64,000 nucleotides of DNA. Origin: Squalus acanthias. Lineage: Eukaryota. Below the pieces are notes generated by a model that was not told the origin of the DNA, did no database searches, and saw only the letters and a program-made list of their open reading frames with translations. A program made the translations under genes and the position numbers. The DNA is taken from the NCBI GenBank assembly GCA_030390025.1, contig JASTWF010000093.1, positions 930,001-994,000 of the forward strand, in the 5' to 3' direction. Below are positions 12,504 through 21,087 of this stretch, piece after piece; the first letter of the stretch is position 1; each line of letters begins with the position of its first letter.

Positions 12504-14309
12504 ATAGCGACCGCGGCACGAGGCTGGCAGCGAGAGGGTAATGTGTTAGACTTTGGTATGAATGTACGAAATGTCATGCAAGAGAAAATAGCAGATTATG
12601 TGTTCGGAAAAGTAAATTTGACTAAGAAATGGATAAGTGACCTGCTAGTGGATAAGTGTCCACTAGAGGCAGCCGAGAGGTGGACAGATAGCAAGGAACA
12701 TAAAAAGACAGTCGAGAAAGTGGTCTGGTTAATGTGTTATAAGAGACAAGTCCAAATTTCAAACCAGGTCATTACAGCGCAAACAGCTCGGATCAGGCAT
12801 TTAGAGGAGGAAATGGATGAGAAGGTCTCTGGAGGGGAGTTGCTCATTAGGAATTTAAGTGCGCTGCACCGAGAACGCCAGGAAATCACCAGTCACCATA
12901 AAGCAAAAATAGATTACCTCGAGTGCCAGGTCACTGAGGCAAAGTTAAGTGAGGGCAGACTAAAGGAACGATGTGCCCGCCAAGCTGCCCAAATAAAAGC
13001 CCAGGAAGAGAGCTTAACGGGGGTTAGGGCGGCATATAAGATGGCCTTTGAGGATAAGTTTCAGGGGGCCGATCACAGCGTCTGCCAAAAAGAGATAGAG
13101 CACCTTAAAAGGGCCGTGAACAAAGCGCACGGCATGGTGTGTCTTATCAGTCCGTCAGCACACCAGCCACTAGTAGAAGAGGAGTTTCAGAAATTCCCAC
13201 CAAGTAAAGCAAAGGAAGTATTAGCCACTACGCCCTCCGCGCCACCCAGCTATTCGGAAACCTGGGTAAGGGAGGAAGTAGTAGAAGAAACGAAAGAGCC
13301 CACTGAGGGAGAAGTGGAAAAGGGACCGTTGTGTCCGGTTACGGGTACCAAAAGGGGCCCGAACGGAAACGGTGGGGAACAAGGGGATCTCCTCAACCAG
13401 CTTGTGTTGCCTCACAGCTCACACCAGCTGAGGGTTATGATAAGTCACGTACGGAAGCTGACCGAGGCAGACGACCCTTCCGTACATTTCAGGGAAGTTG
13501 AGCAAACCGCAGCCATTAACGGCTGCGACGATGGGGAAACAGCAAAGATGCTGTTATTTTCGTTAGGCAGTTCAATCCTTCAGTGTCTCTCGGACGAGAG
13601 CAAGAGGGGAACCAAGAACTATGAGGCATTAAAAAATGAGGTCCTAGAAGTATTGGGGACGGACGATGAAGGTCCGTTTGTTAGAGTGGGACAGACAGTG
13701 CAGATGGAGGGAGAACCCCCGAAGGTTTTCGCCGACAGGCTGTGGCCAGTATATCAGCGCAGCTGCCCAGGTGCGCCAGAGCGCGACGCTGTGGACGGCA
13801 TCGGTTTAACTCATTGGCTTAGGTGTATAGTAGCCAACAGTTTGCCAGCCGTCAGAGAGCAGGCAAAAGCGTGGTTTGATCCCACTGACCCCAACATTAC
13901 GGAAGAGTCGGTCTTAAATCGACTCACGGTAGGATACCGTAATATCAGGGGTATGGGAACACGTCCCCTTGAGGGAAAAGTACATGAGGTACGACCCGCA
14001 GCCCCGGCTCAAAAGGAGTGGCATCAGGAGGGTAACCGCGCCCCGCAGGCCAGTAATGCTTGTTACGGGTGTGGGAGGACAGGGCACTGGCGCAAGAACT
14101 GCAGGAACCCTTGGAAGGATTCCAGGGATAAAAATCCCGCAGCCCGAGCCCAGATGCCTGTCTCTGTTAGGGAAGCTAGTGCACCCACCCCTCCCGACGA
14201 CCTCGAAACAGTGTTGGGAGCCATGCGCAACTTCATGAGTGCGCATGGAAAAGTGGCGGTTGCTACCGGCCCCGTAGGTGCCACAGGCCCGTCTAATAGT
14301 ACCCAATGA
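12504..14309 (+). CDS. gag: Gag-like protein (N-terminal coiled coil, capsid-like region, one CCHC knuckle); probable original start at 12504 is now ATA, next ATG at 12558
   Basis: Open frame; CYGCGRTGHWRKNC at 14061-14102; PSAPPSY late motif; position directly after the 5' LTR. Confidence 0.88.
   Translation: MATAARGWQREGNVLDFGMNVRNVMQEKIADYVFGKVNLTKKWISDLLVDKCPLEAAERWTDSKEHKKTVEKVVWLMCYKRQVQISNQVITAQTARIRHLEEEMDEKVSGGELLIRNLSALHRERQEITSHHKAKIDYLECQVTEAKLSEGRLKERCARQAAQIKAQEESLTGVRAAYKMAFEDKFQGADHSVCQKEIEHLKRAVNKAHGMVCLISPSAHQPLVEEEFQKFPPSKAKEVLATTPSAPPSYSETWVREEVVEETKEPTEGEVEKGPLCPVTGTKRGPNGNGGEQGDLLNQLVLPHSSHQLRVMISHVRKLTEADDPSVHFREVEQTAAINGCDDGETAKMLLFSLGSSILQCLSDESKRGTKNYEALKNEVLEVLGTDDEGPFVRVGQTVQMEGEPPKVFADRLWPVYQRSCPGAPERDAVDGIGLTHWLRCIVANSLPAVREQAKAWFDPTDPNITEESVLNRLTVGYRNIRGMGTRPLEGKVHEVRPAAPAQKEWHQEGNRAPQASNACYGCGRTGHWRKNCRNPWKDSRDKNPAARAQMPVSVREASAPTPPDDLETVLGAMRNFMSAHGKVAVATGPVGATGPSNSTQ
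12505..12521 (+). promoter_or_regulatory. Primer binding site, tRNA-Arg(UCG)-like, with a TGG>TAG mismatch
   Basis: tagcgaccgcggcacga versus TGGCGACCGCGGCAGGA (complement of a vertebrate tRNA-Arg-TCG 3' end, from recall): 15/17 match, 5 nt after the LTR. Confidence 0.7.
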
Positions 14310-15416
14310 CTAGAGCCCACGCAGCCTGCCTACCTGTGTCCTTTTAAAAGACACGCACAGGAGGGGGTCTCCTGTGAGGAGACCAGGTTAAAAGAGCAGG
14401 CCTTGCGGGAGGAGAACGCCCGTTTAATAGGGAAAATAGATGGGCTAGAAGGGCAGCTTAGAGAGCAGGCCCTGCGGGAGGAGAACGCCCGCTTAATGGG
14501 AAAGTTAGACGTGCTCAGGCTAGAAGAGCAGCTTAGAGAGATAAAAGCAGCCTACAAGGTAGCCAGAAGCAGGGATTTAAACCAGTGCAAACTGTACAAG
14601 CCAGGTGCACAAGGGAAAACCACAGGGGCAAAACATGCGAGTGGGGACTCGCAGCCCCAGGTAGGACCACAAGGCACACAGGCAGGCAGAGCAGCTTGCA
14701 TCAGGGAAGGAGGCATCCTGGAAAATTGTGAAACATTTTTGTGGGGTTGGGAGTCAGATGAGGGAGAGTTCCAGGAACTCGACGAAGATGAGGATAGTGA
14801 TGAGGACGAATGGGAATCGGAGGACGCAAGGGTCGCCCCCGATTCAGGTATAGGGAGGACAGGGGCTGCAGATAGAGATCCACACAGGGTGGACACCGAG
14901 GCTGCAGGTCCCGAACACAGGAGGGAGGAGCTAGGGGAGGTGGAGCCAGCCACTGTGGGACCACAGGGCGTGACGGTGGAAACCTCAGAGCCCGAGCCGC
15001 CCGCCTTGAACGTCCTGCCCTCGGGGGAGGTAGGGATTGCGAGTGAAGGGCCGCCTGCTGGGCCGAGCAGGGCGGTGCCACAAGCTGCAAGTCCCGAGGT
15101 CAGGGAGGCGGAGTCAGGGGAGGCGGAGCCAGCGACTGTGGTGGGACCACAGGTCGTCCCGGTGGAAGTCTCGGAACCCGGTCCGTCGGTCCTGGGATTC
15201 CTGCCCCCGACAACTCCTCGTAGGTCAAATCGGGCACCCCAGCCCAGGAAAATGTGGTCATGTCCCCAGACTGCCCCAAGGCGCAGGCTCAAGGTTAAGG
15301 CAGCCCAGGAAGGGCCCAGTCCCATCGCAGCAGCAACAGGCTGCGGCAGATCAAAGGAAGGGGTCAGTGCCCTCCCACCGTCGGAAAGAGCTCACAGCAG
15401 CCTTCTCAGAATTTAA
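14310..15416 (+). CDS. ORF X: coiled-coil, acidic and Pro-rich protein of unknown function, in-frame with gag behind a leaky stop
   Basis: 368 open codons directly after TGA-CTAG, in the gag frame; no catalytic Pol motifs. Confidence 0.7.
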   Translation, partial: LEPTQPAYLCPFKRHAQEGVSCEETRLKEQALREENARLIGKIDGLEGQLREQALREENARLMGKLDVLRLEEQLREIKAAYKVARSRDLNQCKLYKPGAQGKTTGAKHASGDSQPQVGPQGTQAGRAACIREGGILENCETFLWGWESDEGEFQELDEDEDSDEDEWESEDARVAPDSGIGRTGAADRDPHRVDTEAAGPEHRREELGEVEPATVGPQGVTVETSEPEPPALNVLPSGEVGIASEGPPAGPSRAVPQAASPEVREAESGEAEPATVVGPQVVPVEVSEPGPSVLGFLPPTTPRRSNRAPQPRKMWSCPQTAPRRRLKVKAAQEGPSPIAAATGCGRSKEGVSALPPSERAHSSLLRI

Positions 15417-15721
15417 AGGGGCCGCCCTGGGAACGGGCGGCGCTGTACAGTAATAAGTTTAGGATAAGTTTTTAAGTTCATAGTTTAAGGTTAAGTTTTA
15501 GATAAGTTTATAGTTTTAAATCAGGTTAAGTTTGTAGTTTAATTTTAACAGAAAATGGTAAAATGATGGGAGTTTTAGAGATAGGTTTAGTTAAAGTTTA
15601 TCCAGCGAACATTGAAGTTTACGTGAGGCGAGGTCAGGGGACCCGCTCACCCTTCACAAAAGCCAGAGACTCTTGCGAGGCTGGCTACCTCATTCTATCT
15701 GATCACAGGAACCAAGGAAGG

Positions 15722-18073
15722 ATGGAACGAATTCTAGTATTGCTCGCGGCAATCGGATGTGGATTGGCCTATCGAGGCCGCACCAAAGATGTCGTGGTGT
15801 TTGGATGCTCCGGAGACACGGCCCCCATCGCGGTGGATGGGACCGGAAGACGGGAGGCTGAGGAGACCACCACCTATTTCCACAAGGGAAGGTGGCCAGG
15901 ATGGCTGGGAACGAACTCAACGGAGTATTCCAGCACATCGGGGTTTGCCTACCAAGAGACTTCTTTAATGTGCCCCAAAGTAAGGATCATCGCACCCAGG
16001 ATCAGCGTCACCGTCGGCAAACGGATTTGTTTGACTTGTAGTAGGAATGTCCCATTGAGCCGATGGTGGTGGCTGCGAAAGCTGAGCAGAAACATGAGGA
16101 ACTCTTCGGTCGAGTGGGAACGACTGGGTAATAATACCCATCGGACAATTACGGGGACAAACGGACAAGTGAGGGTCTGTTGGGACAAATGGTGGGAACC
16201 GGATGAGGGAATTTATGTATGCATGTGGGGTTCAAAGTACGCTTGCCCCAAAGGCATCTCCATATTTTTCATTAATCAATGGCAGGATAATGGACAGGGG
16301 ATGAGGTGGGATGCGAGCACCAGAGGGTGCGGAGCCCCATACTCTTCGATCCCGGTAAATGCCACTGAACTCATTACGCGCCCACGCAAAGCCCCGCCCA
16401 CGATTCCGGTGGTTCTAGCTAAAGAGGAAGGGTGCCCTAAAACCAGTAAGGGACCCGGGAATGGTTTGGTACTGGTCCCCACAGACCAGATACTATTTCA
16501 GGGGGTACATTACGCGGTGGCCTCGGTGATTTTAAATCTCACCGAGGTACGGTTACCAGAGTGGTGCCCCAAAAAGACGGAACAGTTATATCAGGTCCTG
16601 TTGACCAAGATGTTCAGACAATTTTACGAATTCGATTTCGCGGAAATTGATAAAACAAGTTTGTACACTGCACCACATGAAGTTTTTGATCAAGTGGGGA
16701 GGCAAAGAAGTGGTGTAGTGAACGACGCGTTCACTGCTTTTAACACGGGTACATCTGTGGTCAACGCTCTAGACAGTGTGGAGCTGCAGACCCAGATTAA
16801 TGGTTTAAAGACGCAATTAAAAGACATTCTAACAGATGAAAATAAAGTGGTTGGGTCGGGTTTACACGAGGACCAAACCATGACTCTCCATTTAAAGGAA
16901 ATTATAGCAGAGCTAGAGAAACATGCAAAGACGGTAAATGCCCTGATTAGGGAAGATCGGAATGCATCCGATCAAGCTGCGCAGAAGGAGGTGTGCGTGC
17001 TTTACGGGGCGTGGTTACTGGGCGAGGGCCGCAGTAATTTGGAGGATTTAAAACAAGGTTTGGTCCCGTCCTGGATAAGTAACAAACACCTGCGGGCGCT
17101 CCACCCTTTTCAGAACGCATTAAGCCCGTGCCAGCTCAGGCTAGCTTCAGAAGCATACCCAGTCCCCGTGGACTGCGGACGATCAAACCATACCATTATG
17201 GGTATAGTACTACGTATGCCGGTTTTGGGCGACACAGCAAAGCCCGCCCCGGTGTATCGGGTAGAGAACATTGGTGTCATTCAGGGGGGAGCCCACATTC
17301 GCTATGCAGCGGTTCCACCCTACGTCATCCGCTGGGAGCAAACGATGACAGGTACAGATCTCTCTGGTTGTCGTGGCAGGGGAGCACACATAATACTGTG
17401 TCCCCAGCACTTGAATGCCTTTTTAACACCACAGTGCGGGTTCAGAACGGCTGGCGCCAAGTCCATGAATTGCACCATGGAGGCAATGGCACAAGATCAT
17501 GTGCCTCCGCAGGTAGCATACATCGGGGGTGGAACATATTGTGTTACCACTGCAGCGCAACACTACCAGCATGGAAACCGTAGCCGGTGTCCGGTGAGTG
17601 ACAGCAGTTTCTGTTTCAAACCCAGGGCGGAAGTTCAAGTAGCACAACAGCGAATTGTCCCAATCCCTGAACCATCCACTGTTCATCTAACAGTAAAAGA
17701 GAATTTCACCGACTTGCAGCGATTCGTCGCGCATTTCGGATACCTCATTCCCCCTCTCCCTGAACACCTCACCAAGCTTTTAAAAGCCGTCGCGGTGTCA
17801 CAAAAACATTTTTACACACTAGAGCAGAAAACTGTCGAAATAGGGACAGACATTCTGGATATAGTAATTCCACCGTGGTGGAATCTGTTCACCAATATTG
17901 AAGTACCGTCCTGGATCAGAATAGCCTCCCACATTTTAGTTGTATGCCAAGTTTTTATTGTAGTGTACCTGTTGGTCGTACATTGTAAGAGAGGCAAACG
18001 CCTCACCAAGCACGAAAACACGGGAGAGTGGCGAGAACGTTACGTGCGCGTGCACGATGAAAGCACCGTGTAA
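15722..18073 (+). CDS. env: Env-like type I membrane glycoprotein (783 aa), F-type class I fusion protein-like, with an N-terminal Ig-like domain
   Basis: Signal peptide MERILVLLAAIGCGLA; RQRS/G then a fusion-peptide-like stretch and heptad repeat; Cys-rich region; several N-X-S/T sites; C-terminal TM ILVVCQVFIVVYLLVV. Confidence 0.85.
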   Translation: MERILVLLAAIGCGLAYRGRTKDVVVFGCSGDTAPIAVDGTGRREAEETTTYFHKGRWPGWLGTNSTEYSSTSGFAYQETSLMCPKVRIIAPRISVTVGKRICLTCSRNVPLSRWWWLRKLSRNMRNSSVEWERLGNNTHRTITGTNGQVRVCWDKWWEPDEGIYVCMWGSKYACPKGISIFFINQWQDNGQGMRWDASTRGCGAPYSSIPVNATELITRPRKAPPTIPVVLAKEEGCPKTSKGPGNGLVLVPTDQILFQGVHYAVASVILNLTEVRLPEWCPKKTEQLYQVLLTKMFRQFYEFDFAEIDKTSLYTAPHEVFDQVGRQRSGVVNDAFTAFNTGTSVVNALDSVELQTQINGLKTQLKDILTDENKVVGSGLHEDQTMTLHLKEIIAELEKHAKTVNALIREDRNASDQAAQKEVCVLYGAWLLGEGRSNLEDLKQGLVPSWISNKHLRALHPFQNALSPCQLRLASEAYPVPVDCGRSNHTIMGIVLRMPVLGDTAKPAPVYRVENIGVIQGGAHIRYAAVPPYVIRWEQTMTGTDLSGCRGRGAHIILCPQHLNAFLTPQCGFRTAGAKSMNCTMEAMAQDHVPPQVAYIGGGTYCVTTAAQHYQHGNRSRCPVSDSSFCFKPRAEVQVAQQRIVPIPEPSTVHLTVKENFTDLQRFVAHFGYLIPPLPEHLTKLLKAVAVSQKHFYTLEQKTVEIGTDILDIVIPPWWNLFTNIEVPSWIRIASHILVVCQVFIVVYLLVVHCKRGKRLTKHENTGEWRERYVRVHDESTV

Positions 18074-18510
18074 TCGGAAAATGGCGTCACTCCCGCTTGC
18101 CACGTGCGCCTCGGAAGTGTTGTACTCGATCGTGATTTTTTCGGAAACTGTAAATACGTTTGGAACTCGACATGTTTTAAGAGTTGGTGTTGATTATTTT
18201 GGTGATGGTGTTGTAGTTAAAAATGATTGTTTGGTTTTGTTTTGTTTTTCCTTTTCCCTAAATAAAAAGATGAATATACAGGTGATACGAGAGGCATCGG
18301 CCTGGTTACGCCTGGAAGGAAAACAAGTGGTGTAAGTTTGAAGGCAAATAATGCCTACGGTGCTATAAAATGTAATTTTCTTGGGAAATAAGGACGACGC
18401 AAGGACCCTAGATAGTTTAAGTTATGGGATTAATTTTCTGGATCTGGAGAAATCGAGATAATATTGCTCACCACTATATTTTTGATACGATAAGCGGAGT
18501 TATTCGCATC

Positions 18511-18522
18511 AACAGGAGGGAC
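18511..18522 (+). promoter_or_regulatory. Polypurine tract
   Basis: aacaggagggac immediately before the 3' LTR. Confidence 0.7.
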
Positions 18523-20219
18523 TGTAGAATTCGCAATATATCGCGATTTTATTAATAAGGAGAAGAACACATAGTTTCGTTCAAACAGCTTTTATTTCAG
18601 CAGAATGCTGTCAGGTTTTCAAAGTGGACACAAGCAGCTTGTAAAATGGCCGCCACGCCTCGTGGCGGAACATTCCAGATTTTTCGACAGGCAGACAAGA
18701 TGGCGTTCCAATAAACATTTGTGCAAGATCGATCAAGACTCAGCACATTTAAGATAATACACGAGACATCATGGGTTTACAGTATACACATAAATACTGA
18801 AATCGGTCTCCCAGGTGCGAATAAGGGCTATTGTACCAAGTAATCAAGGACCCATCCAAAGACATTAATATGTAAAATCCCAACGACTCTACGATGAGAG
18901 AGCCGTTAGCGGGTAGTTACAGAAAACATTTGGAAGCCCCAAAACCCCTCCAGGGAGAACACCGACCGATTAAACAATGGGAGAAATATTAACAGGTACT
19001 CAGACAATTACGAGTATCCCCGAAACCCATTAAAACGGAGATCACCCTATACAAGAAATTTGAGCGCCAAACCCTAACAAAAGAAAAGACATTAAGGTTG
19101 GGCGGGAAAAGGAAGATTTTGCACTATAATTACAAGCTCCAAACCGTCCATCTTTCTCTTATTCGGTTGACTCTTAACCTGCTGGCGTTTATCCTCGTGG
19201 CTGCTCCTGACTCGCCGTCTTGTTCCTGTTTGCCTCGTGTCTCTTTTCAAAAGACTGTTGAACTTTACGATCCGCTCGGATCTACCTCGTGGCGTGTCGC
19301 GAAGACCTGTGTAGAACTGGGCTCTGAAGCCTTGAAGCGGGCGCACCATCCCGATAAGTCGGTAAACGGTGTTGGAACCGAAGGCCCGAGATGAGATGAG
19401 ATGAGATGAGATGAGAAGAGAAGAAGACCATACTTATCGCCACGGTCAGTAAGCTCCGACCGCGCCTGTAGGTCGAATAGACACTTTCCTTGCCCAGGAA
19501 GACTTCTTTTGAGTTCTACAGAACTGGCACAGGAAGACTATTTTTCGAATTTTATCAGTGCGAGGGCAAAGGAAGACTCTTCTTTGAGCAGTGTCGGAAC
19601 TCCGAGGACAACACAGATCTTCATGACAGCAGACGTTCCAGCCTGCTAGCCGGAGCAGAAACGAGTAAACAAGTGGGGTACGGAGACCCCCTGATCGACA
19701 CGTGGGTGCTGCGGTGAAAAACATCCGATCAGAGTTTTCGGAATTCTCCGAGTTATCACGAGTGGTGAGCATGAGTCTCGAATCCTACGAATCTAGCTTA
19801 GGACAGATATTGATAGGGGAGGGTTTTAAGTATTAAGGATAATTGTAATGTGTGCCCCCATTTACGATGTGTCGTTCGTTCCTCGTTTCCCTGAAATTAG
19901 TCACATAACTGCGTGTAAGATTGTACTGTCATTAATCTGTGCTTATGACATGTATTTCGTAATCTTAAATAATATGCAATAAAGATTTTCCATTTCGTAC
20001 CATTCAACCGAGTCTACCTGAGTTTTATCTCCATTACTGCTCTCGCATCTAAGTCCAGTGTCAGAACCGTAAGGGCGAGTGGGTCGAACCACTCACAGGT
20101 GTCAAGTGCTCCCAGACTGGCTGGAGACCAGAACAGACAACAAGGCCTAAACTCGCACTAGCATCCAGGCTGCACAGAGCCACACGAATCTCACAGGTTG
20201 AGAGACAAAAACCCTTACA
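18523..20219 (+). repeat. 3' LTR (1697 bp)
   Basis: Differs from the 5' LTR by about 8 substitutions and one extra ATGAG unit (counted by eye). Confidence 0.95.
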
Positions 20220-21032
20220 AGCGGTCCCTACGGAATGCTGAAAGGGGAGGTGAGGGGAAGATGCGTTTGGTGGTGGGATCACGCTGGAGGTGGCGGAAAT
20301 GGCAGAGGATGATCCGTTGAATGTGGAGGCTGGTGGGGTGAAAGGTGAGGACAAGGGGAACTCTATCGTGGTTCCGGGAGGGAGGGGCAGGGGTGAGGGC
20401 AAAAGTGCGGGAGATAGAACGGACACAGTCGAGGGCTGTGTCAACTACGGTAGAGGGGAATCCTCGGTTGAGGAAAAAGGAAGACATGTCGGAAGCACTG
20501 GTATTCCCAACCCCTACACTTGCTTAAAAATCTGTTCCATATCCTGCTTTTTTCCAGTTCTGACGAAAGGTCATCGACCTGATACGTTAACTCTGTTTCT
20601 CTCTTCACAGATGCTGCCTGACCTGCTGAGTATCTCCAGCATTTTCTATTCCTGCTCCTATTTCTTATGTTCTTATGTAAATAGACAGGGGCTGTTTCTT
20701 TGAAATATTCTTTTCAGCTCCATGAACAATATTTACTTGGGAATTATCCACCTTGCCCATTAAAATTACCCAACATCACAAGTGAAACCCTTCGGTCCCA
20801 GACCTGAAACGTTAACTCTATTTCTCTCTCCACGGATGCTGCCTGACCTGCTGAGTATTTCCAGCATTTTCTGTTGTTATTTCAGATTTGCAGCATCTGC
20901 AGTATTTTGCTATTACAAGTGAAACTACTGTTATTGCTTTGGGCCATTGCTCAGTGGTGAAAAGACCACCTGAAACTGTGTAGATCGTTCATTCTAATGT
21001 GTGCAAGGAAACAGTTACATTTAAAGACTTAC

Positions 21033-21087
21033 CTTGAGCCAAACCGAATTCAACAGCCACCAAAACAGCGAGCAGACTTCTCACCAT
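21033..21087 (-). CDS. Copy A exon 1 (signal peptide MVRSLLAVLVAVEFGLAQ)
   Basis: ATG at 21087; hydrophobic 18 aa; G|gtaagt donor in phase 1. Confidence 0.85.

Larger units (their letters stand above)
10808..20219 (+). mobile_element. Young LTR retroelement / endogenous retrovirus-like provirus, gag-ORFX-env, lacking pol
   Basis: TG...CA LTRs; 4-bp TSD AGCG (10804-10807 and 20220-20223); PBS; PPT; three long open ORFs; no protease, RT, RNase H or integrase motifs. Confidence 0.93.
9895..20645 (-). mobile_element. Penelope-like element fragment (GIY-YIG end) with inverted terminal repeat, split by the LTR element
   Basis: FTCTSCNLVYCICCSRCGFLYIGETKRRLGDRFAEH (10324-10653). ~9935-10080 is inverted at 20504-20645. 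15-bp TSD ctattcctgctccta at 9880-9894 and 20646-20660. Confidence 0.88.
5224..21087 (-). pseudogene. B7-family CD276/B7-H3-like gene copy A (4 exons: 21087-21033, 8051-7701, 7008-6734, 5348-5224), frameshifted in the IgC exon
   Basis: All introns are GT-AG. Exon 3 is 275 nt versus 285 nt in copy B (caaggttacc missing), giving a premature TGA at 6832-6830. Confidence 0.85.

Noticed and set aside
14552-15325. 257-aa antisense ORF opposite ORF X
   Set aside because: Explained by GC-rich, low-complexity codon usage on the sense strand.
15563-15721. 53-aa N-terminal extension of env in the ORF track
   Set aside because: Starts within the TAAGTT-rich spacer; a clear signal peptide begins at ATG 15722.
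15990-16225. Idea that the Env Ig-like domain was captured from the host B7 gene it sits in
   Set aside because: No visible similarity beyond the generic Ig motif; the co-location is probably coincidental.
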